Assembly: GCA_041497895.1 (NCBI GenBank)
Contig: JBGQHJ010000030.1
Span: 1-37,921, forward strand
DNA length: 37,921 bases
Direction: 5' to 3'
Origin: Candidatus Methylomirabilia bacterium
GTDB taxonomy: Bacteria; Methylomirabilota; Methylomirabilia; Rokubacteriales; CSP1-6
Shown here: positions 7,266 through 16,012 of the stretch, piece after piece
Layout of the letters: each line of letters starts with the position of its first letter
Position numbering within the stretch: position 1 is the stretch's first letter
The notes under the pieces: generated by a model
Seen by the model: only the letters and a program-made list of their open reading frames with translations
The model's database searches: none
Told to the model about the DNA's origin: nothing
Translations under genes and position numbers: made by a program

Positions 7266-9376
7266 CCAGGGCAATCTCGCGCCGCGCGCTGCTCGGCGGC
7301 TCGGTCGCCGCGGCGGGGGCCCGGGCGCTCGGAGCGCGCCGCGCGGCCGCGGCCGCCAGCCCACCGGCGGCCGCTCCCGGGGAGCTCCCGCGCCGCGTGC
7401 TCGCGCTCTACAAGTCGTCGGAGTTCTACAACGACGTGGCGGGCCGTCGGCCCAAGACCGCGACGACCAACGAGGTCCACGGCTGGGCCCAGATGCCGCT
7501 CAACTGGCTCGGGCTCATGGTCGAGTATCACGACATCGACCAGGGGCTGCCGGACGAGCGGGCGATGGCGCGCTACCGCGGGGTCGTCACCTGGTTCCAG
7601 ACCGAGGAGATCGCGGAGCCGCTGGCCTACCTGCGCTGGCTCGGCGCCCAGATGCGGGCGGGCCGCCGGGTGGTGATCCTCGGCTACCTGGGCGCGCTGC
7701 GGGATCGGCGCACCCTCCGCACCGTCGAGCTGGCCGCGGTCAACGAGGCGCTCGCCGCGAGCGGGCTCACGTTCCTCGGCAACTGGACCGGCGATCAGCA
7801 CGTCATCGAGCTCCGGCGCAAGGACCCCCGGATGATGGAGTTCGAGCGGCCGCTGCCGCCCGGCCTGCCCTACTACCAGCAGGTGGTGTGTCGCCGCGCG
7901 GACTGCCGCGCCCACCTGGTGCTGGCCCGGCGCGACCTCCCGGACTCGGAGAGCCACATGGTCGTCACCGGCCCGTGGGGCGGGTTCGCGGCGGCCGAGT
8001 ACGCGCGCTTCCAGTTCCCGGGAGAGGCGGGCGCCCAGTGGTGGATCGATCCCTTCGCGTTCTTCCGGGAGGCGCTCGGGGTGGCGGACTGGCCACGACC
8101 GGACACGACGACCCGGTGCGGCCGGCGGATCTTCTACTCGCACATCGACGGCGACGGGCTGCGAAACCGGTCCGAGGTCCGCGCGGGCGCCTCCAGCGGG
8201 CAGGTGATCCTCGAGGAGATCCTCTCGCGCTACCGGCTGCCCACGAGCGTCTCGGTGGTGGTGGCGGAGGTCGAGCCCACGCTGCTCGGCTCGCCGGAGT
8301 TCCAGGAGCTGGCCCGCGCGATCTACGCGCTGCCCAGCGTCGAGGCGGGCAGCCACTCCTACACGCACCCGCTCGACTGGAAAGCGCGCACGCGCAGCTT
8401 CGATCTGGCCGCGGTGCCCTACTCGGTCGAGACGGAGACCGCGGGGGCGATCCGCTACATGGAGGAGCGGCTCCTGCCCTCCGGCAAGCGCGTGCGGCTC
8501 TTCCAGTGGTCCGGATCGACGCGGGTGACCGAGGAGGCCATCGCGATCCTCGACCGGCTCGGGGTGCCGAACATCAACGGCGGCGACACGATGCGGGACC
8601 GCGAGTGGCCGAGCTACACGCGGGTCGCGCCGCTGATGCGCCAAGTGGGCCAGCACTGGCAGACCTACACCTCGGCCTCCAACGAGAATCTCTACACCCG
8701 GCTGTGGACGGGGCCGTTCTACGGCTTCCGCCACGTGATCGAGACGTTCGAGGGCACGGAGCGGCCGCGCCGGGTCGCGCCGGTCAACGTCTACTACCAC
8801 TACTACTCGGGCGAGCGCGTGGCGTCGCTGGCCGCGCTCCACCACGTCCACCAGTGGGTGCTCCGCCAGCCGCTCGCCCGGCTTTTCACGAGCGAGTACC
8901 TGGCCATCGTGGAGGGCTTTCGCACCGCGCGCATCGCCCGGACCGCGGAGGGCTGGCGGATCTGGGACCACGGGGCGCTCGGCACCGTGCGCTTCGACGA
9001 CACGCGCGTCCACGTCGACCTGGGCCGCTCGAGCGGCGTGCTCGGCTACGTCCACCATCAGGGATCGCTCTACGTGCACCTGGCCGGCCCCGCCCCCGCG
9101 GTCATCGCACTCGGCGACCGGCCGCCGGTGACCGCCTACCTGGTCCAGGGCAGCCACCGGGTCACCGGCTGGAAGCGGGAGGCGGGCGGGGTCGCGCTGT
9201 CGCTGTCGGGACCCGGGGAGAAGGTCGTCGAGCTCGGCGGGCTCGGAGCCGACCGCGAGATCTCCGTGGAGGTCCGCGAGCGGGCGGGCTCGCGGCGCCT
9301 GCGCGGCCGCAGCGGCCCGGACGGCCGCCTGATCGTGCGCGCCGGCGAGGGGGACGTGGAGGTGCGCGTCGGGTGA
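7262..9376 (+). CDS. pelA: PelA deacetylase-domain protein with Tat signal
   Basis: GTGA overlap with the upstream gene; twin-arginine SRRALL. Motifs IDPFAFF, PDTTTRCGRRIFYSHIDGDG, EAGSHSYTHP, NINGGD, NENLYTRLWTGPFYGF, NVYYHYYSG are characteristic of the PelA esterase region. Confidence 0.88.
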   Translation: MTRAISRRALLGGSVAAAGARALGARRAAAAASPPAAAPGELPRRVLALYKSSEFYNDVAGRRPKTATTNEVHGWAQMPLNWLGLMVEYHDIDQGLPDERAMARYRGVVTWFQTEEIAEPLAYLRWLGAQMRAGRRVVILGYLGALRDRRTLRTVELAAVNEALAASGLTFLGNWTGDQHVIELRRKDPRMMEFERPLPPGLPYYQQVVCRRADCRAHLVLARRDLPDSESHMVVTGPWGGFAAAEYARFQFPGEAGAQWWIDPFAFFREALGVADWPRPDTTTRCGRRIFYSHIDGDGLRNRSEVRAGASSGQVILEEILSRYRLPTSVSVVVAEVEPTLLGSPEFQELARAIYALPSVEAGSHSYTHPLDWKARTRSFDLAAVPYSVETETAGAIRYMEERLLPSGKRVRLFQWSGSTRVTEEAIAILDRLGVPNINGGDTMRDREWPSYTRVAPLMRQVGQHWQTYTSASNENLYTRLWTGPFYGFRHVIETFEGTERPRRVAPVNVYYHYYSGERVASLAALHHVHQWVLRQPLARLFTSEYLAIVEGFRTARIARTAEGWRIWDHGALGTVRFDDTRVHVDLGRSSGVLGYVHHQGSLYVHLAGPAPAVIALGDRPPVTAYLVQGSHRVTGWKREAGGVALSLSGPGEKVVELGGLGADREISVEVRERAGSRRLRGRSGPDGRLIVRAGEGDVEVRVG

Positions 9377-11592
9377 AGATCGAGCGCTGGAGGCTGCTGC
9401 TCGGGGTGGTCGTCACCCTCGCGCTCCTCGCGCTCTCGGTGCCGTGGGGCGGCGACCTGGGCTGGGCGTACCTGGCCGAGGGGCAGTACGCGCTCGCCGA
9501 GCGCGCGTTCACGCGCGCCCTCCGCGGCGAGCCCGGGGACGCGGACCTCTGGCGGGGTCTCGCCGCGACCTACGCGGGGCTCGGCGATCCGGACCGGCAG
9601 GTCGGCACCCTCGAGGAGGCCACACGCCGCCTGCCCACGCGTCGCGATCTCCGGCTGACGCTCGCCGACGCCTACCGCGACAACAAGGATCCGTCGGCCG
9701 CCGCGCGCGTGCTCGAGTCGCTCACCGCCGAGCCGCGCCCGGACGAGGGCCCCCTCCTGGATCGCCTGCTCACCGTGTACCTCTGGGCGGCCGACTACCC
9801 GCGGGAGCTGGCGGTGCTGCGCAGGCTCGTGGCGCTCGACCCCAACGATCTGGGAGCGGTGACCGAGCTGGCCTCGGCCGCCCGCAGCCTGAATCGCCAG
9901 GACGAGGCCGCGTCGGTGCTGGAGGCATACGTCCGGCGGCGGCCCGGCGATCTCGAGGGCCGGCGCGCGCTCGCCCAGGTCTACGACTCGCTCGGGCGAG
10001 GCGATCGCGCGCTCGAGCACTGGCGGGTGCTGGCGCGCCTCGCGCCCAGCGACATGGAGGCCCGCGACCGGCTGCTGCCGGCGCCGGGCGGCGCGCCGCG
10101 CGAGGAGGAGGTCGCGGTGCTGGAGCATCGCCGCGAGGCGGACCCGCGGGACGGGGCGGTGCGGCAGCGGCTGGTCGCGCTCTACCGGGCCGCGGGCGAC
10201 GGGCCGCGCGCGCTCGGCGTCCAGCGCGAGCTCGTAGCCCTTCGCCCGCGCGATCCGGCCGCGCTGGTCACCCTGGGCCGCCTGCTGGTCGAGCGGGATC
10301 GCGGGCCGGAGGCGATCGGCATCTACGAGCGCGCGCTCGAGATCGAGCCCGGGAGCGCGGACACCGCGCTGGCCCTGGCCCAGCTCTACGAGTGGGCGAA
10401 CGATCCGCGCCGGGCCCTGGCCCTGCTCGAGCGGGTGGCCCGCGCGCGCCCCGCGGATCGGGCGCTCCAGGAGCGCGTGGCCGCGCTCGCCCGCGGTGCC
10501 GGGGAGACCCCGGCCGCGGTGGCCGCGCTCGATCGGCTCGCCGCGCTCCGACCGGACGGCCCGTACGCGCGGCAGGTGGTCGACGCGCTGGTGGGCGCCA
10601 ACCGTCTGCCGGAGGCGATCGCGCGTCAGCGCGTCCTCGCCGAGCGGGCGCCGGCCGCGCCGGAACCCGCGCTTCGCCTGGCCGAGCTCTACGAGTGGAA
10701 CGGGCAGGAGCGCGAGGCCATCGCGGTCTACGAGACGCTCGAGCGGGCGGGCACGCTGCCCGACGCGTCCCTCGCGCGGCTCGCGGAGCTCTACCGGTTC
10801 CAGGGGCGCTCGGCCGATCTGCTCCGGGTGACCGAGCGGCTCCTCGCGCGACGGCCCGACGACGTCTCGGCGCGGCAGGTGGCGAGCGAGGCGGCCGAGG
10901 CGCTGGGCCGGCCGGCCGACGCGCTCCGGCTGCTGCAGCCGCTCGCGGAGCGCCGGCCGCTCGACGAGGGCTTCGTCCTGCGCTACCTCGCGCTGGCGGT
11001 GCAGGCGGGCCGGCCCGAGGAGGGCCTGCGCGTGCATCGCCGCTTCGCGGCGGCGGCCGGCGCGGCCTACCACGTCAAGGCGGGCCGCCTGCTGAGCGAC
11101 CTCGGGCGCTACCCGGAGGCCATCGTCGAGTACGAGGCCGCGCTCGCGGCCGGCCCGGGCGAGGGCGACGAGGCCGTCCGGTCGCGGCTCGCGCTGGCCC
11201 AGCTCTACGACTGGACCGGCGCGGGGGAGCCCGCGCTCCGGCAGTGGGAAGGCCTCATGCGCGCCCGGCCGCGCGATCCGCAGGTGCTGCGTGAGGTGGG
11301 CCGGCGCAGCCTCGCGGTGTCGCGCAACGACGTGGCCCTGCGCGCCTACCGCGCGCTGCTCGACGTGCAGCCGGACGACGCGGAAGCGCTCAAGCGCTCC
11401 GGCCAGCTCATGGCCTGGAGCAACGACGCGCGCGGGGCGCGGGCGGCGCTCGAGCGCTTCAATCGCGTGAAGGGCGGCGACTACGAGGTGCACTACCTGC
11501 TGGGCGAGCTCTACACCGCGGACCACGACGAGGAGCGCGCCCGCGCCGAGTACGAGCGGGCCCTCCGCCTGCTTCCCGCCCGCGCCCGCTGA
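9373..11592 (+). CDS. pelB: PelB-like N-terminal TPR scaffold with N-terminal hydrophobic anchor
   Basis: GTGA overlap; hydrophobic N-terminus LLLGVVVTLALLALSVPW; many TPR units including repeated LA(Q/E)LY(E/D)W; no barrel domain. This is the 3' part of track ORF 7888..11592. Confidence 0.8.
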   Translation: MKIERWRLLLGVVVTLALLALSVPWGGDLGWAYLAEGQYALAERAFTRALRGEPGDADLWRGLAATYAGLGDPDRQVGTLEEATRRLPTRRDLRLTLADAYRDNKDPSAAARVLESLTAEPRPDEGPLLDRLLTVYLWAADYPRELAVLRRLVALDPNDLGAVTELASAARSLNRQDEAASVLEAYVRRRPGDLEGRRALAQVYDSLGRGDRALEHWRVLARLAPSDMEARDRLLPAPGGAPREEEVAVLEHRREADPRDGAVRQRLVALYRAAGDGPRALGVQRELVALRPRDPAALVTLGRLLVERDRGPEAIGIYERALEIEPGSADTALALAQLYEWANDPRRALALLERVARARPADRALQERVAALARGAGETPAAVAALDRLAALRPDGPYARQVVDALVGANRLPEAIARQRVLAERAPAAPEPALRLAELYEWNGQEREAIAVYETLERAGTLPDASLARLAELYRFQGRSADLLRVTERLLARRPDDVSARQVASEAAEALGRPADALRLLQPLAERRPLDEGFVLRYLALAVQAGRPEEGLRVHRRFAAAAGAAYHVKAGRLLSDLGRYPEAIVEYEAALAAGPGEGDEAVRSRLALAQLYDWTGAGEPALRQWEGLMRARPRDPQVLREVGRRSLAVSRNDVALRAYRALLDVQPDDAEALKRSGQLMAWSNDARGARAALERFNRVKGGDYEVHYLLGELYTADHDEERARAEYERALRLLPARAR

Positions 11593-11614
11593 TCCGCTCG
11601 CGCCGCGGTCCGCC

Positions 11615-11649
11615 TTGAACCGGCGAGACGGCCCCGCCATACTCGCCGG
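11615..11649 (+). promoter_or_regulatory. Candidate internal promoter overlapped by an 8-bp inverted repeat
   Basis: TTGAAC-N17-CATACT-N6-ATG(11650). CCGGCGAG (11620-11627) and CTCGCCGG (11642-11649) are exact reverse complements. Confidence 0.5.
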
Positions 11650-13122
11650 ATGGCCCGGCCGCCCTCGCTGCGCCTCGCGCTCGCGCTGATCGCCGTCCTG
11701 CTCGCCGGCGCCCCCGCGCGCGCGCAGACGCCCGCGCCCGCCGCGCCGGAATCGGCGACTCCATCGGAGTCGCCCGCCGCGGTCGCGCCCGAGGCGGAGA
11801 CCATGCGCGCACGCATCCAGGCCCGGCTCGGCCTCGTCGAGGAGGCGCTCGCCACCTACCGCGCGCTGCTCGCGCGCTATCCTGCCGATCGCGCGCTCCG
11901 CGAGGACTACGCGGAGCTGCTGGTGGACGCGGGCCTCTCCGACCAGGCCGGCCCGGTGGTCGACCGCTACCTCGCGGAGGATCCGACCTCCGCGCGCCTG
12001 CGCCGCCTGCGGGCCCGCCTCGACCTGGCCCGCGGCGCTCCCGCCGAGGCGGGGCGCCGTCTGGACGCGCTCTTGCGCGAGGAGCCGCAGGATGCCGCGC
12101 TCACCGCGGAGCTGGCCGCCGCCGAGGTCGCGGCGGGACGGTGGAATCGCGCGCTCGACCTGTACGGGCGGCTGCTCCAGGGCGACCCCGACAACCGCGA
12201 CGTGCTCGCCGCCTATCGCGAGATCCTCCTCGGGCACGCGCCGCGCGTCGAGCTCTCTCACTACACGCTGCTGCAGCGGGCGGCCACGCACCACGTGGAG
12301 GAGGCGGCGTGGCGCGGGTGGCTCGCCGACCGCTGGTGGCTGCGCGCGGGCACGCGCTACGGCAGCTACCGGCAGGATCCCGTGCCCGGCCAGCCCGGCT
12401 TCACCGAGGAGGTGTGGACCGCGCTCGCCACCCTGGGCTTCCAGCCGACGCCCGTGGTCTCGCTCTGGGCCGGCCTGGAGGAGGCGCGGCGCCGCGAGGA
12501 CATCTTCCGCACCACCGGGCGGCTCGGCGCGGCCTACGACGACGCCCGGACCACCACCGCCACCCTCGAGGTCGCGATCCGCGAGCTGCTCACCAATCCG
12601 GTGGTCGCGCTGCCACGCAACGGCTCGACCGACCGGGTGACCCTCGACGTGGCGCGGCGCGTCCTGGTACCCGTGGTCCTGGCCGCGCACTACGACTTCC
12701 GGCACTACCGGGTCTCCGGCGAGGCGCTGGGGGACCGCTGGGAGGGGGCGGCGCGGGCCGAGCTCGAGCTGCTGCGGACCCGCGTGCAGGTGACCCTGGT
12801 CCCCCAGGTCTTTTTTTCCGAGTACACGCCCATCGCGGGCAGCCCACTGCGGGACGCGGTCACCTTCCTGCGGCGGGAGGACATCGTGGCGATCGGGGCG
12901 GTGGTCGGCTGGGACGTCACGCCCGCGCTCCGGCTACAGGCCGCCTCGGTCGGGCGGCGCGATCTGCACCGGTCGATCACCTCGTGGGAGGTGACCGGCG
13001 AGGGCCGGTGGCGAATTCGCCCCTGGCTGGAAGGACGCGTGCTCTATACTCGGAACACCGAGTCGACCACCATCGGGGGCCAGGAGGAATCGTTCCTCGG
13101 CCGCCTCGACATCCTGTACTGA
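11650..13122 (+). CDS. pelB: PelB-like C-terminal module: signal peptide, short TPR region, outer-membrane beta-barrel
   Basis: Signal peptide ending ARA|Q; TPR helices; alternating amphipathic strands; C-terminal aromatic beta-signal (FLGRLDILY); directly upstream of pelC. Confidence 0.75.
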   Translation: MARPPSLRLALALIAVLLAGAPARAQTPAPAAPESATPSESPAAVAPEAETMRARIQARLGLVEEALATYRALLARYPADRALREDYAELLVDAGLSDQAGPVVDRYLAEDPTSARLRRLRARLDLARGAPAEAGRRLDALLREEPQDAALTAELAAAEVAAGRWNRALDLYGRLLQGDPDNRDVLAAYREILLGHAPRVELSHYTLLQRAATHHVEEAAWRGWLADRWWLRAGTRYGSYRQDPVPGQPGFTEEVWTALATLGFQPTPVVSLWAGLEEARRREDIFRTTGRLGAAYDDARTTTATLEVAIRELLTNPVVALPRNGSTDRVTLDVARRVLVPVVLAAHYDFRHYRVSGEALGDRWEGAARAELELLRTRVQVTLVPQVFFSEYTPIAGSPLRDAVTFLRREDIVAIGAVVGWDVTPALRLQAASVGRRDLHRSITSWEVTGEGRWRIRPWLEGRVLYTRNTESTTIGGQEESFLGRLDILY

Positions 13123-13129
13123 GAGACCT

Positions 13130-13696
13130 ATGTGGCGGCGTTCGCGGGCAGTCGGGCTGGCGATCGGGGTGCTCACGCTGCTCGGGTGCGCGAGCGCCGA
13201 GCAGGAGTGGGTGAAACCCGGCGCCGGACGCGTCGTCCGCGTCGTGGTGCTCCCGCTCGAGAACCAGACCTCCTCGCTGCGCGCGGGCCAGGCCATCACC
13301 GATCTGCTGGTGGCCGAGCTCCTCGCCACCGGGACGATCGCGGTGATGGACCCGAGCGAGGTCGCCGACCTCCTCCGGCGCGAGAATCTCGACCCGGCCG
13401 ACGCGGGACGCCTGCCCTCGGCGCAGCGCATCGGCCGGCTACTCCAGGTGAGTCACGTCCTGCAGGGCTCGGTCACCGAGTACCGCTACAAGCCCGGCCT
13501 CTCCGAGACGCCCGCGGTGGGCGTGACCGCGCGCGTGGTGGACGTCGCGTCCGGTGAGGTGGTGTGGACGGCCAGTCACGCCCGCCTGGGCTCCTCGTGG
13601 CTCCGCGAGGACGGCCTGGCGCGGGTCGCCCAGCGAGTGACCCACGACATGGCCGCCCACCTGGCCGCCGCTCTGGGCGACGCCCGAGCGCGGTAA
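13130..13696 (+). CDS. pelC: PelC-like outer-membrane lipoprotein
   Basis: Lipobox LLG|C; VVVLPLENQT...AG; LQGSVTEYRYKPGLSETPAVGVTARVVDVASGEVVW. Confidence 0.9.
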   Translation: MWRRSRAVGLAIGVLTLLGCASAEQEWVKPGAGRVVRVVVLPLENQTSSLRAGQAITDLLVAELLATGTIAVMDPSEVADLLRRENLDPADAGRLPSAQRIGRLLQVSHVLQGSVTEYRYKPGLSETPAVGVTARVVDVASGEVVWTASHARLGSSWLREDGLARVAQRVTHDMAAHLAAALGDARAR

Positions 13697-13703
13697 GCGC
13701 CGG

Positions 13704-15056
13704 GTGCTCGCCGCGCTCCGCCGCGCCGAACCCTATCTGCTCGAGCTGGGGGCGGGCCTGCTGCTGCTCGTCGTCGTCAACGTCCTGCTCCGGCCGCGGG
13801 ACGCCGGATTCCTCGACGTGCAGCCGAACCCGGCTCTCGTGGTCGTCGTCGCGGTCGCGGCCCGGCACGGGCTGCGCGCGGGGCTGGTGAGCGGCCTCGT
13901 CACCGCGGCGGCGGTGGCCGCGTGCGTGATCGCGCGGGCGGATCAGGCGAGCTGGAGCGAGCTGCGGAGCGTGGCCCGGTACGTGACGCCGCTGCTGCTG
14001 ATCGGCACCGGCTTCGGGCTGGGGGCGCTGCGCGAGTCGCAGCTCCGGCTCACGCGGGACCTCGAGGCGCGGGTGGCCGGGCTCGAGCAGGAGCTCGCCG
14101 ATCAGGCGGTGCGGTTCATGGCCGCGACCGAGGCCAAGCACGAGCTGGAGCGGCGCGTGGCGGACGAGCGCGCCTCGCTGTCGAGCCTCTACGCGGCGGC
14201 GCGCGCGCTCGAGACGCTCGACGCGGAGCGGCTCTACCCGGCGATCGCGGCCACCGCCCGACGCTTCCTCCAGGCCGACGCCTGCCAGTGCTACGTGCTG
14301 GACGGGGAGCGGCTGCGCCTGCGGGCGGCCGAGGGGCCCGCGCCGGAGCGGGCGGAGATCGCCCCCGACGACGGGCTCGTGGGCCTCGCGGTCCGCCTGG
14401 GCCGGCCGGTCAGCGTGCGCGACTACGCCGCGCTCGGCTCGGTCGAGGATCTGCAGGGCGCGGGGCTGCTCATGGCCGCCCCCTTGACCTCTGCCGAGGG
14501 CGCGCTGCTCGGCTGCATCACGGTGACCAAGCTCTCGTTCCTCCGGCTCACCCCGGTGTCGCTCGATCGGCTCGGCCTCGTCGCCGACTGGGGGGCACGC
14601 TCGCTCGAGAACGCGCGCACCCACGAGCAGGCGCGCGCGCAAACCATCGAGGACGAGCTGGTGCGCGCCTACACCTACGCCTACTACCAGCGGCGCATCC
14701 ACGAGGAGGAGGTGCGGGCCGACCGCTATCGCCGACCGCTCGCGGTGGTGATCTTCCGGATCGACCGCTTCGGTGCGGTGGCGCCGGAGCGCCGGGCCGA
14801 GCTCGGGCGCGTGCTGTCGCTCGTCTTCTCGCGGACCCTGCGCGACGTCGACATCGTCTGTCGCTACGCCACCGATGACGCCTTCGCGATCATCCTGCCC
14901 GAGACCGAGCCGGCCCGGGCCGAGGTGGTCGTCGACCGCCTCTCGACCGAGATCCGGAACTTCCACTTCGCGCCCTACACCGACGACGAGCGGGATCTCG
15001 AGTTCTCCGCGCGCGTGCTCGCGGTGCGGGAGCGGCCGGGCGGGGTGACGTTCTGA
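13704..15056 (+). CDS. pelD: PelD c-di-GMP receptor (TM region, coiled coil, GAF, degenerate GGDEF)
   Basis: N-terminal TMs with ARHGLRAGL, a coiled coil and a GAF domain. The C-terminal GGDEF-like domain has an intact I-site RDVD and ATDDA at the GGDEF position. Confidence 0.88.
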   Translation: MLAALRRAEPYLLELGAGLLLLVVVNVLLRPRDAGFLDVQPNPALVVVVAVAARHGLRAGLVSGLVTAAAVAACVIARADQASWSELRSVARYVTPLLLIGTGFGLGALRESQLRLTRDLEARVAGLEQELADQAVRFMAATEAKHELERRVADERASLSSLYAAARALETLDAERLYPAIAATARRFLQADACQCYVLDGERLRLRAAEGPAPERAEIAPDDGLVGLAVRLGRPVSVRDYAALGSVEDLQGAGLLMAAPLTSAEGALLGCITVTKLSFLRLTPVSLDRLGLVADWGARSLENARTHEQARAQTIEDELVRAYTYAYYQRRIHEEEVRADRYRRPLAVVIFRIDRFGAVAPERRAELGRVLSLVFSRTLRDVDIVCRYATDDAFAIILPETEPARAEVVVDRLSTEIRNFHFAPYTDDERDLEFSARVLAVRERPGGVTF

Positions 15057-15058
15057 GC

Positions 15059-16012
15059 GTGGCGCTGGCCGCGCTGGCGGAGCTGGTGGCGGTGGCGGCC
15101 GCGCTCGGCGGCGCCGCGTGGTGGCCGCTCGCGCTGGTCGCCCACCTGGCCGCCGCGTGGCTCGGCGGCCGGGGCCTCGGGCGCGCGCGGCGCGACGAGC
15201 GGCTCCTCGCGGGGGCGCTGGTCCTGGCCCTGCCGGTGCTCGGGCTGATCGGCCTCGGCGCCATCCGCCTCTGGCAGCGACGGGCGCCGCCGTCGGGCCT
15301 CTACACCGGGGCCCACTCGGAGATGGCCGGCCTCCCCGGGCCGGGGCAGGCCCCCGAGCCGGTCGATCGCGTGCTCGAGTGGCTGCAGGCGCAGGTCTCG
15401 GTGCAGCCGGTCGGGGACCTGATCCGGGCCGCCGACCCCCGCACGCAGCGGTGGGGCATCGAGCTCCTGGCCAAGCGCGGCGACGGGGCCGCGGTGGAGC
15501 TCTTGCGCGAGGCGCTGCGGGCGCCCGACCGCGACACCCAGATCGCGGCCTCCGGCGCGCTCCAGCGCGTCGAGGAGCGGCTCGCCCGGCGGATCGGCCA
15601 GGCCCAGGAGCAGTGGCGTCTCGATCCCGACTCGCCCGAGCGGGCGATGGTGGCGGGCGACGCGTGTCTCGCCTACCAGGAGAGCGGGCTGCTCGACGCG
15701 GCGATGGGCCGCCACTGGCTCGGCGAGGCGGAGGCCGCGTACCGCGTGGCGCGCGCGCGGCGCCCCGACTGGCCGGCGCCCGCCGGGGCGCTCGCGCGCG
15801 TGCTCCTGGCCCAGGGGCGGGTCGAGGAGGCGGAGGCCCTCGCGGTCTCCGCTCGCGCGGCGGCGCCGTCGACGGACGTGGACCTGCTCCTCTCCGAGAT
15901 CCTGTTCCGCCAGGGCCGCTGGCCCGAGCTGCGCGCGCTCTCGCGCGAGGCGATGGCCGCGGGCCGCGCGGACGAGACCCTGCGCTGGTGGGCGGGGGAG
16001 CCCGCGGCGTGA
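15059..16012 (+). CDS. pelE: PelE-like inner-membrane protein with HEAT/TPR-like helices
   Basis: N-terminal TMs with LALPVLGLIG; AVELLREALRAPDRDTQIAASGAL; AYQESGLLD; located between pelD and pelF. Confidence 0.82.
   Translation: MALAALAELVAVAAALGGAAWWPLALVAHLAAAWLGGRGLGRARRDERLLAGALVLALPVLGLIGLGAIRLWQRRAPPSGLYTGAHSEMAGLPGPGQAPEPVDRVLEWLQAQVSVQPVGDLIRAADPRTQRWGIELLAKRGDGAAVELLREALRAPDRDTQIAASGALQRVEERLARRIGQAQEQWRLDPDSPERAMVAGDACLAYQESGLLDAAMGRHWLGEAEAAYRVARARRPDWPAPAGALARVLLAQGRVEEAEALAVSARAAAPSTDVDLLLSEILFRQGRWPELRALSREAMAAGRADETLRWWAGEPAA

Noticed and set aside
9136..12705. 1189-aa minus-strand ORF, and similar long antisense ORFs (7211..9157, 13473..16031, 15673..18438, 20695..23103, 24722..27760)
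   Set aside because: They lie opposite well-supported genes and have no recognisable motifs; stop codons are scarce at this GC content.
13704..15056. PelD as an active diguanylate cyclase
   Set aside because: The GGDEF position reads ATDDA and the N-terminal DxLTGLxNR motif is degenerate.
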